DNA from: Bacteroidota bacterium | GTDB lineage: Bacteria; Bacteroidota; Bacteroidia; Bacteroidales; B18-G4 | DNA: 36,505 nucleotides | NCBI GenBank assembly: GCA_018831055.1 | Contig: JAHJRE010000110.1 | Span: 1 to 36,505 of the forward strand | Direction: 5' to 3' | Shown here: piece after piece, positions 35,527 to 36,505 of the stretch | Position numbering within the stretch: the first letter of the stretch is position 1 | Layout of the letters: every line of letters begins with the position of its first letter | Made by a program: the position numbers and the translations under genes | The notes under the pieces: model-generated | The model's input: only the letters and a program-made list of their open reading frames with translations | Databases searched by the model: none | What the model was told of the DNA's origin: nothing

Positions 35527-36413
35527 AAAGAGGACAATTCTATATCCCCGGTGATACCTGGATATATTACAAGATATATTTAATGCCCGGTTTGTCGGAT
35601 CCCTTCCTGGTCAGGGTGATGTATCCCTTATTATGCAGGTTTTACCAGGAAAAGAAGATCAGATTGTGGTACTTTATCCGTTATACGGATCCGGATTTCC
35701 ATCTGCGGATACGGATCCGGCTGGAGTCAACTGACTACCTTACGCCGGTATTGAAAGCCGTCAGGAAGGAATTGTACCCATGGCTCCAAAAGGGTAAAAT
35801 TAAAAATGTACAACTTGATACCTATCAACGCGAATACGACCGTTATGGCTCCCACACCATCCAGTGGTTTGAAGAGCTTTTCTTCCACGACAGCATTGCC
35901 ATAGCCATGCTTTTAACAAACCTCGACCTCGACAATGACCATGAACAGGACATGCGCTGGCTCTCGGCCATCAAATCAACCGACCGCTACCTTAACGACT
36001 TCGGGCTATCCTTCGAAACACGCAAAAACTTCCTGTATCAACTTTTCAGTAAGCTCTCGGACGAAATGCCCGGATACAGCGATTTCATCCATCGTATCAG
36101 TCTGCGCTTCCGGGTAAACCGGAAACAACTGGAAAGGGTGATGTATTCGAACGAAAAAAACGAACGGATCAATATTTTCGACGAACGCAGCCGCAACAAC
36201 CGGGATGCCGTGAAACATATACTGACACATGAAAGCCGTAAACGGCTGGAGGTACCCCTGCCGCGACTGATAGCCAGCATATTGCACCTCTCACTGAACA
36301 GACTCTTTGCCACGCATCAGCACCTCAACGAACTCGCCACCTATGTGCTGCTGTTCAGGTATTATAAGGCGAAGCTGGGGAGGGAGAAGTATGATAAGGG
36401 TTATAAGTTATGA
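35523..36413 (+). CDS. Lanthipeptide dehydratase LanB, C-terminal glutamate-elimination domain (SpaB_C-type, 296 aa)
   Basis: The block ...WIYYKIYLMPGLSDPFLVRVMYPLLCRFYQEKKIRLWYFIRYTDPDFHLRIRIRLE... matches the conserved core of the LanB C-terminal / thiopeptide-type dehydratase domain (compare NisB LYLKLYIS...NLFFLRYTDPKPHIRLRIK). Confidence 0.8.
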   Translation: MKRGQFYIPGDTWIYYKIYLMPGLSDPFLVRVMYPLLCRFYQEKKIRLWYFIRYTDPDFHLRIRIRLESTDYLTPVLKAVRKELYPWLQKGKIKNVQLDTYQREYDRYGSHTIQWFEELFFHDSIAIAMLLTNLDLDNDHEQDMRWLSAIKSTDRYLNDFGLSFETRKNFLYQLFSKLSDEMPGYSDFIHRISLRFRVNRKQLERVMYSNEKNERINIFDERSRNNRDAVKHILTHESRKRLEVPLPRLIASILHLSLNRLFATHQHLNELATYVLLFRYYKAKLGREKYDKGYKL

Positions 36414-36505
36414 GTTATGAGTTATTTTACATTTTAAAGTAACTGAAGTTTCGCATTAAAATATTGCTATTGTTTTTTGTACCCACCCCCTGGCCCCCTC
36501 CCTGC

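Overview
This 36.5-kb window looks like a Bacteroidota chromosomal segment. The evidence is two cargo proteins with type IX secretion (T9SS) C-terminal sorting domains, two Bacteroidetes-style membrane-anchored TPR–AraC one-component regulators, an ECF sigma factor, and lipoprotein-type signal peptides. I could support 23 protein-coding genes from the sequence. I saw no rRNA, tRNA, CRISPR array or obvious mobile element.

The genes fall into four groups.

1. Housekeeping genes: trxB, a single-chain purL, a YdfG-like short-chain dehydrogenase, a long-chain acyl-CoA ligase, a cation diffusion facilitator (CDF) transporter, a YuaF/NfeD–flotillin operon, and a periplasmic peptide-processing set. 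That set is a VanX-like D-Ala-D-Ala dipeptidase, a C69 dipeptidase, an isochorismatase-like hydrolase and a GluR0-type ligand-gated K+ channel.

2. An ECF sigma / anti-sigma / lipoprotein operon directly upstream of a secreted protein of more than 1150 aa that I cannot assign to any family. That gene is 5'-complete but runs off the window at its 3' end.

3. A duplicated module in which two diverged 1041-aa LamG-domain T9SS cargo paralogs are flanked by two paralogous membrane TPR–AraC regulators. Several noncoding elements here are far better conserved than the proteins: a 34-nt 5' element upstream of both LamG genes, a direct-repeat-containing motif of about 29 nt upstream of both regulators, and a 17-bp perfect inverted repeat.

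4. At the 3' end of the window, a class I lanthipeptide modification operon: a LanC cyclase followed by a split LanB dehydratase (a glutamylation-domain gene and an elimination-domain gene overlapping by 4 bp). No precursor peptide gene is visible inside the window. This is the most likely 'system' of interest here; its substrate gene probably lies just beyond the window edge.

Other oddities are unusual G-tract and C-tract mirrored repeat blocks upstream of the CDF gene and again at the window's last bases, and a 21-nt perfect palindrome between two convergent genes.

All family calls come from motifs I read in the translated ORFs. No database search was run.
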